This document shows, piece after piece, positions 25,744 to 28,627 of a DNA stretch of 28,627 bases. Under the pieces are notes generated by a model. The model saw nothing but the letters and a program-made list of their open reading frames with translations. It had not been told where the DNA came from and searched no databases. Positions within the stretch are counted from its first letter, which is position 1, and each line of letters begins with the position of its first letter. A program made the position numbers and the translations under genes. This DNA comes from an uncultured Myxococcales bacterium (lineage in GTDB: Bacteria; Myxococcota_A; UBA9042; CAIXZC01), in contig CAYTWV010000001.1 of assembly GCA_964442235.1 (NCBI GenBank), forward strand, positions 17,327 through 45,953, written 5' to 3'.

Positions 25744-28137
25744 ATGCTGAAACCTTTCTTTGTTTCCCGTTCCATTCGGTCCCTCACCGCCCTGGGGGCA
25801 GCAATCCTGCTTGGGCTGGCTTGCGAGAGAACCCCGGATACCTATGACTATCACGGCCCAGCCCCGGATATCTCCGGCCTGGACCAGTGGACCCCTTCCG
25901 ACGTGCGGGCCCTCGATGTGGACTCCATCGCACCCACCGACACCACCCCACCCCTGGACCTCAAGTCCGACACGACTCCGGATGCCCACGACGTCTCTAT
26001 ACCCGACCAAATCGAACTGCCGGATCTCCCGACACCCTCCACTCGCACCCGGGATTGCACCTTCACCGTCAAGTTCACTCCCCCCGATGGCTCGGCCCCT
26101 GCTCTGGCCTCGGAACTCTTTGTCTCCGCTCCAGAGCAACCCTGGGTCGAAGCCGAAAAACCCATGACCGCCGATGGAAATGGCAGCTACAAGCTCGACA
26201 TTGACTTCGCTGAACATTCGCCGGGCTCCTACGGCTACAAATTCCATACTGCCTCCGATAACTGGTACCTGGACACCGGAAACCCCCTCGCCAAGTTCCA
26301 GGGCGGATTCGAAAACTCCAAGTTCCTTGTCCCCGACTGCCGCCTTCCCCAACTCAAGCTGGCTTCCAAAGAACTTAATGTCGCCGCAGGCACCCTCTCG
26401 CTTACCGTCGAGGTCTATGATGGCGCAGGCAGCGTGGGAACCATCCCCTCAACCGCTTCGGTTCGGGTCAATGGGGTTGACCACGCAACGGGGTATGACC
26501 CCGAGACGGCCTCTTTCTCCCTTCAACTGGACAATCTCAAGAAGGGTTCCAAAGTCACCGTCCTGTTTTCCATCAGCAACGAATTCGGCGCTGCATCCCC
26601 CCTCTATGTGCCCGTTTGGCTGGAGGAAACTCCATGGACCTGGAAAGAAGCCTCCATGTATTTTGCCTTTACCGACCGCTTCGCCAACGGCGACTCGGGC
26701 AACGATGCTCCGGCCAACTGCGATAACAGCCCCGATTCCACCGACTGGAGCGGCGGGGATTTCCTGGGCCTGAAGCAAAAGATCGATAGCGGCTATTTCG
26801 ACCAGTTGGGCGTAAACGTCCTTTGGATCTCTCCTGTTGTGGACAACCCCAACGGCTGCTTCGGAGGCAGTCTGGCGGGGATTAAGTATACCGCATATCA
26901 TGGATATTTCCCTGTTGATTTCTATAAGACAGAGGAACATTATGGCAGCATCGAAGAACTTCGTGATATGATTAATGCTGCCCATGACCATGGCATTCGT
27001 GTTCTGGTGGATTTTGTTGGGAATCACTGCCACCAGGATTCCCCATTATGGGCGGATCACGCCAATGACGGCTGGTTCAGCGCCTATACCTCGTGTGAAC
27101 CCAAGTGGGACCAACCCATCAGTTGCTGGTTCCAGTCCTACCTGCCCGACTTCGACTACACCAAGGATGAAGTCGTAGAGTACGTGGCGGACAACGCCCT
27201 CTTCTGGATCCGAGAGACGGGGGTGGACGGATTCCGGGTAGATGCGGTTAAACACATGGTTCACAACTTCGTTCGAACCATCCGCTGGAAGATTCAGCAG
27301 GAGATCGTGGACCCCACCGGGGTGCCCTTCTATATGGTTGGTGAGACCTTTGTTTCGGAGTGGGGCGGGGGGACGGGCTCTGAAGAGGCGACGATCAAGG
27401 AATACATCAGCGATTGGGAACTGGACGGGCAGTTCGATTTCCCCTTCTACTGGAAGATTCTCAAGGCCGTGGGCCGAGACGAGGGCGATTTCACCGAGTT
27501 GTCCGGATTCCTCCAGGCGGCTCTGCCCTATTGGGGAACCGACTCCTTGATGGTCTCGTTCATCGGCAATCATGACGTTCCCAGGTTCGCCTCGCACGCA
27601 GGCAAACAAATTTCGGATATGTGGGGCAACGGCTCCAAAGAGCAGGGCGTCTCCTCGCCACCCGCACAGCCCGAAGCTACCGAAGCGTATGCCCGCACCA
27701 GACTGGCGTTGGGCCTGATGTTCACCCTGCCCGAGATCCCGCTGATCTACTACGGGGACGAAGTGGGCCTGGCCGGTGCCGGAGACCCCGACAATCGGCG
27801 AATGATGCCCTTCGACGGCCTCTCGGCCAATCAGACTGCCACCCTGGAGTTCACGCGCAAAGTGGGCCAAGCCCGCAAAGAACTGGTTCCCCTGCGACTG
27901 GGCGACTTTTCTGTGGTCAGCGTGACGGCGTCGCAATGGGTCTTCCGCCGGGGCTCCGGTGGGGCCAACGTGTTCGTCGTCGCCAACCGCTCCAAAGACG
28001 CCGCCACGGTCTCCTTCCAGCCGCAGGTGTCCGGAAATCTGACCAACTACCTGACCGGTGATACCGTGCCTGTCAACGGCGGGAACGCGTCGGTAGCCTT
28101 GGACGGTTTCGGAATGGCCATTCTGACCTCGCCCTAA
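25744..28137 (+). CDS. GH13 alpha-amylase family lipoprotein with a CBM48-like N-terminal module, 797 aa
   Basis: Lipobox LGLAC; YGYKF..WYLD.GNP; GH13 regions VLVDFVGNH, DGFRVDAVKH, YMVGETF, FIGNHDVPRF; IYYGDEVG..G..DPDNRRMM. Confidence 0.92.
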   Translation: MLKPFFVSRSIRSLTALGAAILLGLACERTPDTYDYHGPAPDISGLDQWTPSDVRALDVDSIAPTDTTPPLDLKSDTTPDAHDVSIPDQIELPDLPTPSTRTRDCTFTVKFTPPDGSAPALASELFVSAPEQPWVEAEKPMTADGNGSYKLDIDFAEHSPGSYGYKFHTASDNWYLDTGNPLAKFQGGFENSKFLVPDCRLPQLKLASKELNVAAGTLSLTVEVYDGAGSVGTIPSTASVRVNGVDHATGYDPETASFSLQLDNLKKGSKVTVLFSISNEFGAASPLYVPVWLEETPWTWKEASMYFAFTDRFANGDSGNDAPANCDNSPDSTDWSGGDFLGLKQKIDSGYFDQLGVNVLWISPVVDNPNGCFGGSLAGIKYTAYHGYFPVDFYKTEEHYGSIEELRDMINAAHDHGIRVLVDFVGNHCHQDSPLWADHANDGWFSAYTSCEPKWDQPISCWFQSYLPDFDYTKDEVVEYVADNALFWIRETGVDGFRVDAVKHMVHNFVRTIRWKIQQEIVDPTGVPFYMVGETFVSEWGGGTGSEEATIKEYISDWELDGQFDFPFYWKILKAVGRDEGDFTELSGFLQAALPYWGTDSLMVSFIGNHDVPRFASHAGKQISDMWGNGSKEQGVSSPPAQPEATEAYARTRLALGLMFTLPEIPLIYYGDEVGLAGAGDPDNRRMMPFDGLSANQTATLEFTRKVGQARKELVPLRLGDFSVVSVTASQWVFRRGSGGANVFVVANRSKDAATVSFQPQVSGNLTNYLTGDTVPVNGGNASVALDGFGMAILTSP

Positions 28138-28170
28138 CTCGGCTTCCAGAGCTCCTGCCCGCCGGGGGAG

Positions 28171-28627
28171 ATGCTCGTGAATCTGGGTACTCTTGGAAAA
28201 TATCGTCTGCTCAGCCACCTCTCCTCGGGAGGCATGGCCGAACTCTATCGTGCCTTGGCCATCGGTCCCGACGGCTTCCGAAGACTGGTGGTGGTCAAGA
28301 AGATCCGGGCCGAATTCGCCTCCGATCCCCAGTTCCTGGAGATGTTCCGGGATGAGGCCGCTATCGCCTCGAAACTCACCCACTCCAACATCGCCCAGGT
28401 CTATGGATTCGATGTGGAGGAGGGCGAACCCTATATCGTAATGGAGTATGTGGAAGGCAAAGACCTGCGCTCCATCATGCGCCACTGCCAGGCCAATCGT
28501 CGCCCCATCCCGTACCCCATGGCCCTTTACACCGCCGCTGCCGCTGCCGACGGTCTGCAGTACGTCCATACCAGCAAGGAGAGAGGCAAATCCCTGGCCA
28601 TCGTCCATCGGGACGTCAGCCCCCAGA
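28171..28627 (+). CDS. Myxobacterial-type Ser/Thr protein kinase, truncated at the right edge
   Basis: Not in the ORF track. Hand translation from ATG 28171: LGKYRLLSHLSSGGMAELYRA..VVVKKI..MFRDEA..HSNIAQVY..MEYVEG..IVHRDVSPQ. The HRDVSP variant of the catalytic loop is common in myxobacterial kinases. Confidence 0.92.
   Translation, partial: MLVNLGTLGKYRLLSHLSSGGMAELYRALAIGPDGFRRLVVVKKIRAEFASDPQFLEMFRDEAAIASKLTHSNIAQVYGFDVEEGEPYIVMEYVEGKDLRSIMRHCQANRRPIPYPMALYTAAAAADGLQYVHTSKERGKSLAIVHRDVSPQ

Noticed and set aside
1529-26975. TGATT/AATCA as a specific motif of the low-GC patches (IHF-like)
   Set aside because: It is largely produced by xTG-ATT and GAT-TTC codon pairs, occurs often elsewhere in the window, and lacks the TTR element of the IHF consensus.
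1805-28608. Many long shadow ORFs (e.g. 1805-2932, 6401-7597, 15013-16368, 18038-19444, 20807-22057, 24266-25552, 27046-28608)
   Set aside because: They lie antisense or out of frame to well-supported genes and have no motifs. This is expected in high-GC DNA with strong codon bias.

Overview
A GC-rich (about 60%) chromosomal window that looks like a Myxococcota / myxobacteria-like deltaproteobacterium. I infer this from an AglRQS-like motor, eukaryotic-type Ser/Thr kinases, FHA and TPR-PEGA proteins, and very Cys-rich lipoproteins. About 23 real genes, left to right: a truncated uncharacterised lipoprotein translationally coupled to a GH105/GH88 unsaturated uronyl hydrolase (-); Zn-ribbon + double FHA protein; VKOR-DsbA fusion; long RelA/SpoT homologue with a degenerate hydrolase domain (-); radical SAM protein; PHA_gran_rgn protein; TPR-PEGA protein and a Ser/Thr kinase with an apparent 1-nt frameshift (-); a ~94-Cys repeat lipoprotein; aglR-aglQ-aglS; two unknown envelope proteins; cmk-era-der (-); M48 peptidase; a dnaA with no dnaN or oriC signature (-), divergent from two orphan microcompartment pentamer (EutN/CcmL) genes; a second M48 peptidase; a GH13 alpha-amylase lipoprotein; and the start of a second kinase. 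I saw no RNA genes, CRISPR arrays or mobile elements. Best leads: the orphan dnaA / pentamer-pair locus, the hydrolase-degenerate long RSH, the putative new lyase family beside GH105, a hidden kinase C-terminus, a shared acidic tether on five lipoproteins, and several ~100-bp intragenic patches of low GC3. Family calls rest on motifs I recognised by eye and all counts are by hand; no searches were run.
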